A DNA stretch of 63,999 bases, filler included, from Sphacelaria rigidula (lineage: Eukaryota), in the NCBI GenBank assembly GCA_964200075.2. It is 4 parts of 4 records of this genome, joined end to end, with 100 filler letters (N's around TTAATTAATTAA, not from the genome) between each part and the next. Parts side by side here need not be neighbours in the genome. Positions count along the whole stretch, not along the records: positions 1 to 15,966 come from CAXNAA020001537.1; positions 16,067 to 32,031 come from CAXNAA020001538.1; 2 more parts are not named here. One strand, given 5' to 3'. Positions 13,337 through 27,125 of the stretch are shown here, in pieces. The notes below the pieces were generated by a model that saw only the letters and a program-made list of their open reading frames with translations, had not been told where the DNA came from and did not search any database. The translations under genes and the position numbers were made by a program. The stretch's first letter is position 1. The number at the start of each line of letters is the position of its first letter.

Positions 13337-15966
13337 GTAACCGGGGGAGGAGGGACTTTGAAGTAATTTGTTTTCGATCCGCCCTACTTTAGTTACATGC
13401 CATTTTCTGTCTCAAGACACTACCCTTCAATGCTGAGCTCGCCAATTCGTCGGACCTTCCTGCACATATCGGGTACGCTACTGTACTGTACGATAATTCA
13501 CTGGTTGAAACGTAGGGATTATGAAATAGTTTTATAATAAAAACTGACCCAAGCTATGAAGTTCTCCTACGGGCTGGGACTAGCCGTTTCATTCAAGTTT
13601 GTCGTGAAACTGCGGTAACTTCAAACGCTCAGGAGAGGCGCGCATCATCACGCCAGCTGGCTCACTAGCTTCGAGAATATTTCCCCCTCACCTTGTTTTT
13701 GTCAAGAATTTGCGGATATTTTCTTGGCCGGGCAAATCCCGCCCGGTTCTTCCTTGCCGCAGGCAGTTGCTTCAAGGGGATATACCCCGATTTATTTTAC
13801 CTCACTCGGCGCGTTCATCCCTGATCAAATAGGGTGTATGCGACAGAAAGTTCATTTGCAATAAGTGGAATGCGGACGGGATCGGAGTGAATTAAAATAC
13901 ATATTCGGCGACTATGTCATTGACCCCCGGTAATTATAGACAAAAAAGCAAACCGCACCCCGCCATTCATGCGCTACCCCCTATAAGGCGCGCCAGTGGC
14001 AGTGACCACCGAAGTCGTTTTTTGCCGGACAACGGTCGTCAATTTAGTGTAATTGTGTATCGAGTCTTCCCGTTCTTCTGCGTTGCACTGCTTGTTTTTT
14101 TGCATCCGTTAGGGTAGAAAGTAGCGTCGACGCTACAGCGCTTCGCCGATTTTTGGACCCTTGGACCCGCAGCGCCGAATAACATTCTAGTGTCCATTTT
14201 AAGTAATCGGTGGCGTGCCGCCGGTTGGGTTCCAGGCCTGCCGATTTTATCATGGAGAGTGTGGCTGCTGATACAGCGTAAACTTGAGGGTGTGGCGGTC
14301 TTGTGCCATGATACTGTTGGGTACTCCAGCTGAAGGCGGGTTTGGTGATATAGACAGGAGAAAGCAACCAGCAAAAAGATGCAACACACGACGTCTTCGG
14401 TGTTGAGGCAGCGAGTGTCGATGTGTACTTGCGTATTTCGTACATGTGCAAGTTGCGACATTAACAGACTATGTACATGTGGTGATGACATGGCGGGAGC
14501 AAGTGCTGAGTGCAGCATGTATTCTAGCGCCGGCCGCGTTGAAATTCATGAGTTCGTGAGCCAGGGATACGCGAGGGATGAAGGCATCATGACGGAAAGT
14601 GGCGTGGTACTCTCAAGCGTTTCACCGGCCGCCGGGATGCGTCCGGCCGGATCGGCGCGCAGCACGGGTCCGAACGGTGACAATTTTTTCTACTCTGGCC
14701 TCCACCCTAACATCGCCGATGCTTTCCCCACGCGTTACGCATCCATTTGTCGCTTGACCTCTGAATTGTCAACCGTGGTACACAGTGGTACGACGAAGAC
14801 AGCGGCACGGTGGTGGGCTCTTCTTCAACACTCCCCACCCAGCACGGCGCTGGGTCGATTCTGCCCTCTGCTTTGGCAAGCGTGGGTGGTGGGACTCGTA
14901 GCGTCTTCGATTCTGCTATTGGATGCGAGCGTTTGGCTCTACGTGGGGTGTGTACGTCATGTACCCTTTGTGTTGTATTCCGCTGCAATTCACCATATGA
15001 TATGCTGGAGCATTGGGCTGTAGCTGACACCTGTGGTGCTGCCGCCCCCCCGCCCTCCCCCTGGTCAGTCTTTCCCTGACGATACTTGTAAGCGTACAGA
15101 AGTGTTCCCTACATACAACTATCCAAATGTACACGGCATCTTGCGGTGCTCGGCCACCTCAATCTCTTGTGCTTACCGTTGTGGTACAGCTTTGGTAGCT
15201 ACATTTTGCAAGGTATATCTTACAGCTCTCGATCCAGACCCCGTCAGCTACTCGTACTTGCCTGCGCTACTCGAGAGATGAAATCGTTAATCCGGATCTT
15301 GACTTTGTGTTTCCTCGTCTGCAGAAACGATTCACCGGTGGTACCCGCGTTTATACTTACTTACCTGCAGGCAAGAGTTTCGTAGTTGATCTGACCGCAG
15401 GATGACTTCGCCCCAATGTACATGTGTCGCACAACAGTGAAATTTGTTTCTAATTGCACCGTGCTGAAGCGAAATGTCCCTCATATTCCCAGGGTTATCT
15501 CTGCGTTCTTCCTTGGAAGCGCTCTAATTCCGGACTCTGGGGACAGCTCTGCGCCGTTCTTTCTACACCTCGCCGTGCCCTTCTTCGCCATCAAGGGCCT
15601 GAGAGAGGTAAGTGCAGTGCAGCATAGTGTCGTCCCCGAGCTGGAGCTATTGTGTAGTTTCAGCGGGTGGCCCGCTCTAGTCACATCGACTCAGGGCACC
15701 CCAATTACTGCTTTACTGCCCAAAAACACGACACTTGGCGTCTGCTGTTGCTCATGCTTACTTACGTTGACACCCGATGTGTACGTGCGTCTTCTTTACA
15801 GTGCACACGTCTGTCGCAGTGTCCTGATTCAACATGGTAACTGCTTTTTCTCTTGTTCTGCCACTTTTTTGCTTTTTTTTTTTTTCTGTTTTGCTTCCTC
15901 AGGGAGGCGCATGTGCATTCATGTTCATCTAATAGGCGTTCGTTTTGCTTCCAATTGCGAGTTATG

Positions 15967-16066
15967 NNNNNNNNNNNNNNNNNNNNNNNNNNNNNNNNNN
16001 NNNNNNNNNNTTAATTAATTAANNNNNNNNNNNNNNNNNNNNNNNNNNNNNNNNNNNNNNNNNNNN
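15967..16066. other. Artificial contig linker (44N-TTAATTAATTAA-44N)
   Basis: Six-frame stop linker flanked by Ns; three identical copies in the window. Confidence 0.97.
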
Positions 16067-16139
16067 AACGCCTGTTAGTAAATCGAGCTTATATTTTGCG
16101 CTTTTCCAAACGAGCTTATATTTCGCCCCAGAGGAAGTA

Positions 16140-16430
16140 CCATATAACTAACTCAGCCAGTGGGAAAAGGCACTTCTGAGCGATACCGTAATAGTATGAT
16201 TCATCGAGCGGAAAACGGTACCGATTAGTTTTATAGTATAACTCACCCAGTGGAAAAAGGTACGGCTGAGTTATACCATGTACCTCATCCAATGGACAAG
16301 GGTACCGCTGAGGTACACCGTATACATCTCATCCACTGGAAAAAGGTACCGCTGAGTTGTACCATGTACCTCACCCAATGGACAAGGGTACTGCTGAGTT
16401 ACACCGTATAACCCAGCCAGTGGAAATTGG
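16140..16430 (+). repeat. Tandem ~41-44-bp repeats (alternating A/B units), probably subterminal repeats of a DNA transposon ending near 17373
   Basis: CTCA(C/T)CCA(G/A/C)TGGA(A/C)AA(A/G)GGTAC(C/G/T)GCTGAG recurs about 6 times. Related motifs lie at 17260-17345, followed by TCCGACGTGTG (ending 17373), the terminus seen in other hAT-type elements here. Confidence 0.65.
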
Positions 16431-19224
16431 AAATAGGTTCAACCCATGTGCAACGCAGTTATTCTGTATACTACGACTCACAGGGGAGTTGACTGCATGA
16501 CGTGCGTTTGTACCTCACTCCAGCGGAAACGTGCAGACCACAGCGGTCGAAACACTGGCACGAGCTAGTGCGAGTGGACACACATGACGTATCTACCGCA
16601 CACGTGAGTAAATACGTGCCTCGGAGTAGATATAGATGGAACATGAAATTTCATTATCACTGAGTTTCACCATACTTCTTCTGTCTCGTGAGTTGGCGTA
16701 CATGAACTCGTACGGGCCCTCAACCGTGTCCGATCCGTTTTTCGATTTTTTTGTTGGAATCTTCGGCGTTTTTTTAGTTAAAAGCATGTTTGTTTGCTTT
16801 CAGCCGGTGCTTGAACCATGCGGCCGAACGGCCGAAAAAAAAATCAGTCACCCCAAAAATTCCGTATTTCACGCCTTTTCCACGGGAGAGAAAGTGTCGA
16901 AAACCATTGTCGCCATTTCGTCGCGGACACCAACCAATATCTCGGCGCCCCGTTTGCGAGGTAGAGGTGTGCTGGGGGGCGAGTCCATCGCTAAAATGGT
17001 GTAGTGGGCAGGCAGGGTACTATATTTGGACGCTTCTGAGAATTTTTCGAGAATTCTCGAAAACATTCTCGAAAATATTTTCAAAATAGGGTATATTTTA
17101 ACCCATTTTAGGTGAACAAATAGAACCCCCTTTTTTTTCTCTCTAGCTTCGTCTTCGTTTTACCTTTCGACCACCGAACCCGACTATACTATCCTCACCA
17201 ACACGGTTGTACCCAGACAGCGTATTGCCCGTAATACCCTAATTTATGAAACAGAGGAAGTATAACTCGGCCGGTAGATGTACGTACCTTTGAGTTATAC
17301 TGTGTATCTCAGCGCTACGTCATGCGAAAATGAGTTAACTCAAGTCAAGGTGAGTTCAGATGTCCGACGTGTGCACATGATATAAATGGTACCATGAGCT
17401 ATAATGCAATTCAGCAGGGAGGGAGTGTGTGGAATCCTCGATACCTGCGGTTCCACAGACAGGAAGTCGTGAACAAAGCCGCAGCGAAGCAACAAGGCGT
17501 TGGGTATCTCGCATCCCTTCCCTCGAAACGAGAGTCTCTCACATGTGTACACATCCCGCGCTCTGCAACTACTTTTGTTCCAAAGGTATAGCAGGGATTG
17601 CTGATGCGAGTTCTGTACGCGCAGTTCGCTGGTCCATGTCGGGGGTGCTTGCCTGCAGACGACGCGAGGACATTATGTGTAATGTACTGCTGGCTTTACT
17701 GACTGGACTGTAAATTTGTACCAGAGCATCTGACTCTTTTCGGGGGTTTCTGGAACGAGGCAAATTATTTTCGACAAAAAAAAGGCAGTTATTTTCATGC
17801 GGATCGGCCTCGTCCGCGTGAAGGATGAATGTTTGCATGTGCCTCTGGCCTGTAAAACGACCGGGCACAGTCCCGGCTGTTGATCATACCGCGGACTCTA
17901 CTCTCTACCGCTTGGGATCGCTTCGCCAAGACTTGCAACCTCACCATCTGCAGCAGTGTTGAGTTAACTCTCGCCAGGTCTGTGCTGTGGCATGCAGGCA
18001 GCCGAAGAGCAGTGTTCTATCTTCGGAACATATCCTCAGAGTGAACACTTTCTGGGCTGTACATGTGTGTGTACTTATTGGTTCTGCCTGCCGATTGTGA
18101 GAATCAATATTGCTACGTTGGAGGTACTTCCTAGACCTCTTCAACACGCGGGATCGGCGAGGAAGTGTAAATCACCCCAATTGAGCCCGTAACTCTTTGT
18201 CGCAGGAGCCACGCTCCCCCCCCCCCCATTTCCCCTGCCTTTTCGGGACAAAAACAGGCGTTTATACTGCAGCCGTGTTCCGGCTTGTAATTCTCGGAAG
18301 ACTGGATCTTCTCCGCCCCTGAACCTGTCTACATAAGGTGTACTCGCACGGCAATCTCCTGTAGTATCGGCTGTGGTGTACAGTAATTCGCACCATTTGA
18401 GCGAACTGCAGCACCGCCTGCACGTAACATACGGAACAGCATGTCTTATGGCATTGGTGCTACCGCCTAAATTCCACAGCGCGACGTTTTCGTTTTTGTC
18501 AACGGTGACTTGGAAAGTCAATGCACGACGATATGGCGGACAATACCACAGTAGTGAGATGCGTAGCCCCCCCCCCCCCCCCGGGCTTTTTTGGGACCAA
18601 AATACAAGATACGTACGGGTCTTCGGCTGTGGCTTCTGGGGCGTCTATTTGTGAAGTCCCTCGAACGGCCCCTCTCTGGATGTCAGCATGCGTGCACAAC
18701 GAGCTAACCCTTTGTGACCAATGACCCCTCTACTCGTGTACACACAAAATGAGTGTTTTTACGCATCTTGATCGTGAAAAGCAGTAGCCGTCTCCATGAA
18801 CCCCTCCGTCTGAGCACCGCCTCTCATCTGTCGTAGCATACGGCACGTTGGTGTATCTAGTTACTTGTTTAGCAGTGTAATAGTAGATTCCAGGGTGGGT
18901 TGGATGCTACATCGATGTGAAAAGACGGGAAAACTGTTCCTTTTTCGGCAACCAATACGCCTTATTCCCATGTACACAGAGGGGTGATCGAGTGTCGAGC
19001 TTGATCTTTGCAGGGGACAGGGCCGCCCGGACCTATGGTTGCTTGCTTCGCTTCACCTGCTAGCGTCTTCAACTCCCAAAATGCTCTTTGGTTGTCTCCG
19101 GCTCGATCCTTGGAACAATCAAGAGCTAGTTTCCCCCTAAATATGGTTGAAGTCCGATTGAAGAATCCGTGGATTTTTGCAGGGCAGAAACTCTCGTCAG
19201 CACGTTGCCCGCGTACTTTCTGTA

Positions 19225-19340
19225 TTGGTTGATTGATTGATTGATCGTCATACTTTCACGAACCTCCCCCCCCCCAGGTAGTCATGATCCAGCCGTGGTC
19301 ATCACCCACATGATGGACGTGCCCGAGACAACAAAACTGT
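19225..19340 (-). mobile_element. Retroposon 3' end with (CAAT)n tail; second copy at ~42776-42870
   Basis: GTCATGATCCAGCCGTGGTCAT..CCACATGAT.GACGT.CCCGAGACAA preceded by (TTGA)n at both sites. Confidence 0.65.
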
Positions 19341-21012
19341 GTCACTCGCTGAAGAAAAGTGAAAAGAACAGAGAGAAAAAGAATCTAGAATGGCCGGCCT
19401 CTGCCCCATGGCTTCGTTGGAAAAGGCCTTGCGCAGAAACCCCAGTCATACCCAATCGTGGAAAGACGTGAAACCGTGGAAGCAGATTGCGGCTTATCTA
19501 CGACGACCTCAGTGTTTTGGATATGAAGCTCTCATGCATAAATGCTGCGGAAGCGAGGCATCAAACTGGTCTTGCGTATACCTTCAGAAAATAATAAATG
19601 CACATATAGGAGGAAAGATGAGGAAAGAAAAAGAGAGCAGGAAAGGAGACTACAGAGATGGCGAAACCCACAGGACTCAGAACAGCACAGCAGGTGCAAA
19701 CACACAACAGGGGACACCACAGAACCATCGACCGAGGACAAAATCAATAACCGATAGGGAAAGACAGGGTTCTCCGATTGACGGCTCTCGACGCAGCAGC
19801 CTCTCGTTTGTGACGGCGGTCCGATTTTCGTTTTGTCTCCGCGTCGCCACATGTCCTCGAACTCTTCCGCTCTTTTTTGCGACTCCAAGATGCGATCTGC
19901 CCATGTCCCTCGCCGCGGTGACCCAATCGTATGCGTTGATCTACACACGTGGGTCGCCCTGTACTGGTAAACCCTTCATCACTTTCGTGTCTACAGTACT
20001 TGGCATGTCTTGCAACCGTCGACAGTCGATCTCTGCTGTCAGTGCTTCGTTCCATGCTCTGCGGTACCCATCCCATCAGGCTGTCTGTGCAGTCCAGTTG
20101 GAGTCGAGGGGTAAAACGTAGTATGCATTAGTTTGCTACTATATACAATATTCACCCGTGCACAGGAGCGCTCCATTTGCGGTGCGTAGCGCGGTGCTGA
20201 TCTTCATCCATCCCTGCCCCCCACCCCCCGCAAACAGAGACGAGACAGCTATCTCAAATATCTCAAATCTCGAAATCCGAAAAGGCGAATCGTCTCCGCC
20301 GTTCTGGAGCGGGACTTGTCGGATATCGAAAGCGGAGGAAGAAAAATAAATATTCTGCAAAGGGTGCGTCGTGAACGAAAATCCTCTCCCCCACCAGCAA
20401 AGACAAAAAGGCTCTTTGCTGTGATAATAGTACCCCCCGTTACCCTTCTTGATCGCCAGGGTTACTCGTAGATCACTTGTCGAATCGGCATCACGCTCGT
20501 TTCGAAAGTTACTGCGTGACCCGGATGACCTACGCTGGCGATCAAAGGGTTTCCTTGACTCAAAGTCAAGATCGGATACACAGCGTCTTCTTCAATGAGA
20601 GTCGTTCCGAAAGTCAAGAGCGGAGGAACTAAAACAAGAGCGGTGAGCCACCAGGAGGAATTCATGAAAAAAGGAACCGTGAAATAAGTGCCCGTGTGTG
20701 CTTAGAGGTCGAAATGCCTGTGCAAAGCTATAGTGCCTCAAAAGCAGTGCGCACGTCGATCTCAGTCAGCGCAGGGTCGGCCACAGGCCCTTGACAGGAT
20801 ACATGAGAAAGAGTACTACTCAGCAGAAGCCAAAAAAGTAAGATCTCGAACATCAAAGGAAGTGAGCTGTATCCGCCGTTCCGCAGCTGGGGTCGAGTGT
20901 CAAGAGCGGAGGAAGAAAAGAAGAGATGTTCTGCAGAAGGGTTCGTCGAGAATGAAAGCCCCGTTCCCCCCCCCTCGCAACCGGAGACGGATCACCTGTT
21001 GTGGTACCCCTC

Positions 21013-21123
21013 TCAACCCTTTGACCGCGAGGGTATTGGTCACCTGCTGGATCGGCATCAATTTCATTTGAAAAAAGTATATGCGATCCAGATGGGCTGC
21101 CCGCATCGCGGCCTAAGGGTTAG
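21013..21123. mobile_element. ~110-bp MITE (piggyBac-like TCAA-CCC...GGG-TTA ends); second copy 29359-29468
   Basis: Two diverged copies in the window; terminal inverted AACCCTT...AAGGGTT. Confidence 0.6.
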
Positions 21124-21154
21124 GCCATCCATTCAATCGGGATCACTTTCACTT

Positions 21155-21350
21155 GAAACTTACAAGGCTGTGTTATGTACGGTACACCGGCTGAAATTAG
21201 GGTACTGTATTTACGGAAGTGTAGAAGAGTTATTTTATCGGGAAAAGACCCTTCCAAACCATAGTGGATCGTTCAGAGCAAGACTTGATACCCTGCCGAA
21301 CTATATTGGTATCGAAATGTTAGGCACACATTCCGGTATGGTTTATTAAT
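21155..21350 (+). repeat. Dispersed repeat; inverted copy at ~43575-43725
   Basis: ACTTACAAGGCTGTGTT...TTTACGGAAGTGTAGAAGAGTTA...CACACATTCCGGTATGGTTTA matches the reverse complement of 43575-43725. Confidence 0.6.
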
Positions 21351-22550
21351 AGTATGACGACCGCAAATTCACCACTTTCGGGTATACCCTATCTAAACAC
21401 AACACAACTTTTTTTTTTAATTACTGCGTGACCCAGACGACTTACCCTGGCGATCAAACGGTTAAGTAGCGTCTCCGTGCCATTGCAACCGACTGTGTGT
21501 GGTTTTCCAACGGCAGTGCATCAATCAGTATCGTGGGTTCCAAAGCTCTGCGTTCGGATGGTTAACATGTTTGCACATGTCTGAGAGCGCGGCTTCCTTT
21601 TTTTCTTTGGTTCATCGCGATTTTGTTCAGAGTGTAGCTAGGCCGTGTCTTGGTACATCAGTTTTCGATCGGAAAAGTGCGGCGGAAAATAAATATCCCG
21701 ATCTAATGGATCGTGATTTCAACCATCTTTAAAATGCAGTCGACCTTACGGAATGTTCGTGAAACAAAATGGTTGATACTCGATTTTACTTGATTTCAAA
21801 CTGAAAAAAAAATCTGAGAAAATTCATCGTCTGGTGCAGGTGAGCAGTGGTGAGCAGCAGACCCAGCTCGTCCAGAACGTGTTTAGGTCCAAAATCGGCT
21901 TTGAGCTCTGGCAAGGCACACTTTGCCTGAGAAACATTTTACACCCCCCTTGCCCGAGGGTTCTCGGTATGCCTTGGTCGGGGTTAGGGTTATAGGGGTA
22001 GCATTGAGGTCGGCGGCATCTTCATGGTACCAACTATTGTGTACGTATATTTTCTCGGGTCCTCTCTTGAAATCAACTACGATAGTTGAAATCACAACCC
22101 GTCAAATCGGAGTTTTACGTTTCCGCCGTACATTTTCGATCGAAAAATAATGTCTCGAGACACGCCCTTATCATGTACTTTTTCTGTGCCGAAGTAACCA
22201 ATTGTATGCAGGTGTCAACATATCACATCGGTATCATGATTGCAAGGGTCGGAGAAATAGATGATTCGTGTGGACACTACTCGGTTTTAGTGTACTTGAT
22301 TCGAATCGTACCAATCAATCCCCAGGCTTTGTTTTCAGCGTTGCAAGCTAGGTACATGCAGCCCATACACGTGGAATGGCGCAAACGTTGCGTGGATACC
22401 CCGTTGGACCAGCGGTCACCTTATTTCTCCCTTTTGGGCAATCAGGCCGAAGACATCGTGGATTTGGTGATTCGAACCCGTGGTGATTCGTCATAACCGT
22501 GCATGATTTTGTGTACTTCTGCCTTCTCCTCTCAAAGACATGCATGTGTG

Positions 22551-22755
22551 CAAGGGTAGGTCGAGTAGAGTATACTCGGTTGCGGGGTATTTTAAAAGTC
22601 GCACTTGAAGTACACAAATTGGGGGTAGGGTTTTAGGGATCGCTTCACAGCTATTTTTGGGTTACGACTCCTCAAACTCCACCCTAATTTGAGAACCTCA
22701 AGTGCGTCTTTCAAAATCCCCCGCAATTGAGTATACTCTACTCGACCTGCCCTTG
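22551..22755. mobile_element. hAT-type MITE with 8-bp TSD CATGTGTG
   Basis: TIR CAAGGGTAGGTCGAGTAGAGTATACTC / GAGTATACTCTACTCGACCTGCCCTTG. Perfect direct repeat CATGTGTG at 22543-22550 and 22756-22763. Confidence 0.9.
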
Positions 22756-24034
22756 CATGTGTGTGCACGTTTTTTTTTTTCTTCGTCGTCCAGCCTGATT
22801 TGCAGACAATGTTCTCGTGCTTAATCCCTTGGTCGCGAGGGTAGTCCATCAGGATCATGCATCATTTTTCCATGTGAAAGAACTGAAGCCGATGTAACAG
22901 ATGACCTATGCTCGCCGTCACAGGGTTAACCAAGCTCAGTTTTGATGGTTGTGCTTTCGAGTTTTGGTGCGTAGAATCACGGGGGCGTAAAAAGAGTAAA
23001 ATAGAATGCGAGAGCATCGACACGTCTTCCTCGGTGCATTTTTTTCATGGAGGTTTGGTGCGTGACGGGATTTACTCCACATGGCGTGCGAGTATCACGG
23101 TAGACTTTTTGCCAGCGTGGTAGATACATCGGCATCCGTGGGCATCTGCCGCTTCATTACACATCGCCGATTATTCCCCAATTCGTTGGCGTCGATGAGA
23201 TTTCGATGGAACAGTTTAACCCTTTGGCTGCGAGCCTCGCCTCGGAACAGTTTTGCCGGTGACGGTCCAGGGACGTCCCGGGGTTTCCAGGGGGCGGGGG
23301 GGGGGGGGGGGGGGGGGATTGGTTTTTGTGGGGGGGGGGGGGGGGGGTGGTTGCAGAACAACCGGAAAGCTCACGATTCCAACCATGTGTATTCGGAAGT
23401 TTCCCTTGGAAAATTCTGAGCCAGAAACGAGGCTCGATATGAGGGGAGTGACCATTTTGATGGTTGTGATTGGGTATAATGAAGAACATTGATGGGGGCA
23501 CGCTTTTTTCCCCTGCTCGTCGTCTTCTACGCCTGCCTGCCTGACCCCTGTTGTGTGCATAGCTTCACACTTTCTGTAGTGTTGTTGGTGGAACACGAAG
23601 CGGAGACGCCAGCAGCGTGCAGTAGGCTGTATTCAGTGGAGAGCGATGACGCGCTGATTGTTATTTTACCGTTTTATGCAGCCACTGATGAAAGGAAAAA
23701 TTCGCGGTCTGCGTAGAGAAGCAGCACAGAGAAAATGAAGAAGAAAGTACAGTTGAGACGATGCAACACAGGTGTGAGACAGGTTTCTACTTATTATGCT
23801 AGCACGGGTGCTGTGTGCATGTGACCCATCATTCTTTTCAATATATGTAGGATTCTTTCAGAAAGCACGCTAGCATAAAAAGTAGAAGCCAAGTGTGAGA
23901 TCAAAACACGCTCGAGGTGTGCCGGCCATGCGCCGAGATAAGGTTGTGCCAGGTGGAGCGCGATGGCACGCTGACTGTTTCAAACCACTATATTCAGCCG
24001 CTGATGAAAAAAATTGCGTTTGTGTACGTTGACC

Positions 24035-24353
24035 GCCACGCCCCGGTGGTGTAATAGTCCGACTGTCGCCATCAGGTTGGAGAGAACGGGGGTTCGATCC
24101 CCGATGCTTTGGGTTTTTTCTTCGTCATGTATGATTTCCATCGTGGAAAGCGTGAGAACTTGAGTAAACAAAGTAGTCGACTGGGTTGGTGTGACGTGAG
24201 TAGACGCGGTGCGTTAGTGCTGATAGTCATGACCCAATCCGCAATACCAAAGTGTAAGGCGCGTTCCGGGGGAGAGAGGGGTTGATCCCTTGAGACCACG
24301 GACTCATCCCGAGGAAGGGGAGGTGTTCAAAGTGTGAGGGGAAAACAAAAAAG
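24035..24353 (+). mobile_element. tRNA-derived SINE (copy 1)
   Basis: Pol III A-box-like TGGTGTAATAG, B-box GGTTCGATCCC and an A-rich tail. Homologous along its length to 38913-39224. Confidence 0.8.
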
Positions 24354-25112
24354 TACGGTACAGTAGCAGCAGAAGCACAGACGGTCAAAAAAAGAAACGG
24401 GTAAGCTCGAGACGATGCGGCATTCTTACAAGATCAAAGCACGCTCGAGGTGTATCACGCCTACCCCGACAATACCAGGACTGCTGAAAAAGCATGGATA
24501 GGAGGAGAGGATGTATGTTGTTTGAGTATATCGCAGGAGTGCCGGCTGCCGAGGTGCGCCACTTGCAAATCAAAGTCTCCGTCAGCGAAGATATACCTAC
24601 TGTACTCACTCTGGACGCGATTGACTGCAGGCTCAAAACCGATCAGAAGCCTCCCGGCACTCTTTTTGTTTTTCCCGTATGTATGCCCCTATATTCAAAT
24701 GTTCATGAAAATAGGTGTTATGTTTATTGAAAAAAACAGCCGTTCTAAACCCGGAATGTGGCACAGTCAATGTCAGTCTACCCTGCGAGGGATGGCATGC
24801 AAAGGGTCGGCGAATAGCGCCACGATTACGAGGGCTTGGTTATCTATGATGCAGTTGTGTGTTCTTGGAGTTGACATGGCGATCAACCCACGTTACGGGG
24901 GCACAGGGTATTGATTTTTTTTCCAACAAGTCGACGTGGCGTGCTGTTTCAACAATAGAAGAATAGATGACGCCTATAAACGACACCCTGCAGTCTCAGT
25001 CGGGGACTAAAGAATCGGGTTATTTTCCATGTTGCACCTGCAATTGCTGTATCATAGCTTCTACGGAGAAGCTGCGAGCTGGGCCAGCCTAGACGCGGAT
25101 ATGTACTTCGCC

Positions 25113-25387
25113 GGCGAATTCGCAATTTTGTGCTTGGAGTTGGACACTGAAAATTGGTATGGACAATCAACAGGGCATGACAAAAAAAATTATGCCGGGT
25201 CCCACATGTATACATGTATATATTTATGATTCAACAGCATTTTACTAGAACCTGAAAACTGATCAGTGGCCTTAACTCATGACAAAAAAAACTATTTGGG
25301 ACCCGGCATGAGTTTTTTTTTATGCCCTGTTGATTGTCCATACCAGATTGTATGCTCCAACTCCAAGTAAAAAATTGCGAATTCGCC
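25113..25387. mobile_element. MITE with ~90-bp TIRs
   Basis: GGCGAATTCGCAATTTT...GGTATGGACAATCAACAGGGCAT...ATGCCGGGTCCCA recurs as its reverse complement at 25298-25387. Confidence 0.8.
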
Positions 25388-26856
25388 TTTTCAAAACCGG
25401 GCCGGTGGGATTACGGAACATTATTTTGCAGGCCGTTTACCCGCCCACGTTCGGTGTTTGTTTATTGAAACTTTGTGCGGGACCTCGCTAGGTCACGATG
25501 AACCAAGAAACTTGGATCAGGTTGGTTTTTACTTCTTATTTTCGCTGGTTCGGAGCGTTTTAATGTGGTATCGACCATTTTTTTTCGAGAGCGCCCGAAC
25601 CTCTCCCCAAAAAAGTTAAAATGGAGACCTTTTTTTTATTCAGCATACCTCTGTGGTTCTCCACTCTAAGCTTGAAATCACAATGCTAAAAAGTGAGCTT
25701 AAAAGTTGAGATAAGGCTCAAGAGCAATATTCATTTCTCCTCAAAACTCCCCTGAAAACACGAAAAAATTAAAATAAAGGACGAAAAAGAGTAAAAAGCT
25801 GTTTTTTATTTATTTCATTATGCACTAGCGGTTCTCCATACCAAGTTTCATAGCACAACTCTCAATAACTGAGACCCGATATCCAGATTTAGGGCATCTA
25901 GTGCCTCTGCTCGTAATATATTGATTTCAGTATAACCTTATCTACGCCATATTTCGAGACAGATTACTAATTAGGTGAAGGTGAGGGTATCTGTCGTCTC
26001 CCGTGCTCCAGGGAAGCTCCACACCAAAAATCGTCATCATCCGCTGAATGTATCGTTCGGGGTTTCATATAGGTTTTAGTGTGGATCTCCGTACGGTCTA
26101 GGAATTACTAGACATAGGGTTCAATCAACAAGAAATTGTTGGCCCAGATTTTTGAGCAGATGGGAACCTTCCCCTTGATCAAATGATAAATACGATATGC
26201 GGATCATGGCCCAACTCGTCTGTGTCGTCGACACATTGCTTTGAGAGCTTAAATCTCTTTCCAGGTCGGCCCAGCTCGTATAGCTCGTCCATTTTGCATG
26301 TGTTCGTTGATTATCTAGTCATCCTCCTCAGTCACGTACGCAACGATTGAACTGGCGCGATTTCCGTATTGCTCCGTCTAGTATTAAAACCCTGGGAAGT
26401 CTGGACCTCACGAAGGGAGTGAAATTGGGGCTCTTTGACTGGCTGACCGTTGCTGGATCATGGCGCATACGCGCATCACCAAAAAGCAATCACTCACGCG
26501 GACAAAAGCTGTCAGTCGAGGTACGACTCAGGTAGAGTATATTGCAAATATTACGGTGCACTACGGGTCCGATTTCTGCATCCGTTTGCATAGCGGTTAC
26601 AGACGCACATGACAGGGGAACAGCGCTATGTATTGATACGTGGTATTATCGAGTTGAATGCAACAGGGGCTAAGGAGCCCATTTGTGCGAGAAGTGCCCG
26701 AACCCATCTGTGTTGCCAGTGTCACATGCAGGATACTACCGTAGTCGCTGGCGACTTGTACAAGCTGATGGTGGTGGATGAAAGTACGATGTCCCCTCCG
26801 ACTACGCTGCCACTACCGGCTGGTCGAGGCGACCAGGAGTCGTAGGTGAAGCCGTT

Positions 26857-27117
26857 CACGCGTCGGGACAGATCATGATCTGTTTGAAACGACTAATCAG
26901 AGAAGACTCTCGAATCCGTGGGACTAAAAACACAAAATATGTGACCGCGGAGTCAGAGAAGCCAAAGAGCAACCTTTGCGCTTCTCGGCGTGCTCAGCGT
27001 CCGGCGCTGTAAGGAGAAAACATGTAAAAGGGGAGGGCGAATGACCCGGATCATGGTCCGGATCACTATACTGAGGAGAAGTAATGTTCAGACGGGTCAT
27101 GATCTGTCCGACGTGTG
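26857..27117. mobile_element. hAT-type MITE, TIR CAC(A/G)CGTCGG, 8-bp TSD AAGCCGTT
   Basis: AAGCCGTT at 26849-26856 and 27118-27125 flanks the inverted termini. Confidence 0.85.
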
Positions 27118-27125
27118 AAGCCGTT

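Noticed and set aside
16011-16022. TTAATTAATTAA as a biological motif
   Set aside because: Synthetic six-frame stop linker inside N runs.
16140-16430. Short repeats as a CRISPR array
   Set aside because: Contiguous tandem units without unique spacers; better explained as transposon subterminal repeats.
19390-20121. 243-aa ORF
   Set aside because: Low-complexity, repeat-derived composition adjoining a retroposon tail; no domain motif.
24035-24115. tRNA gene (also 38913-38990)
   Set aside because: A/B boxes are present but there is no clean cloverleaf, and the sequence continues into a shared 250-bp body with an A-tail, so it is a SINE head.
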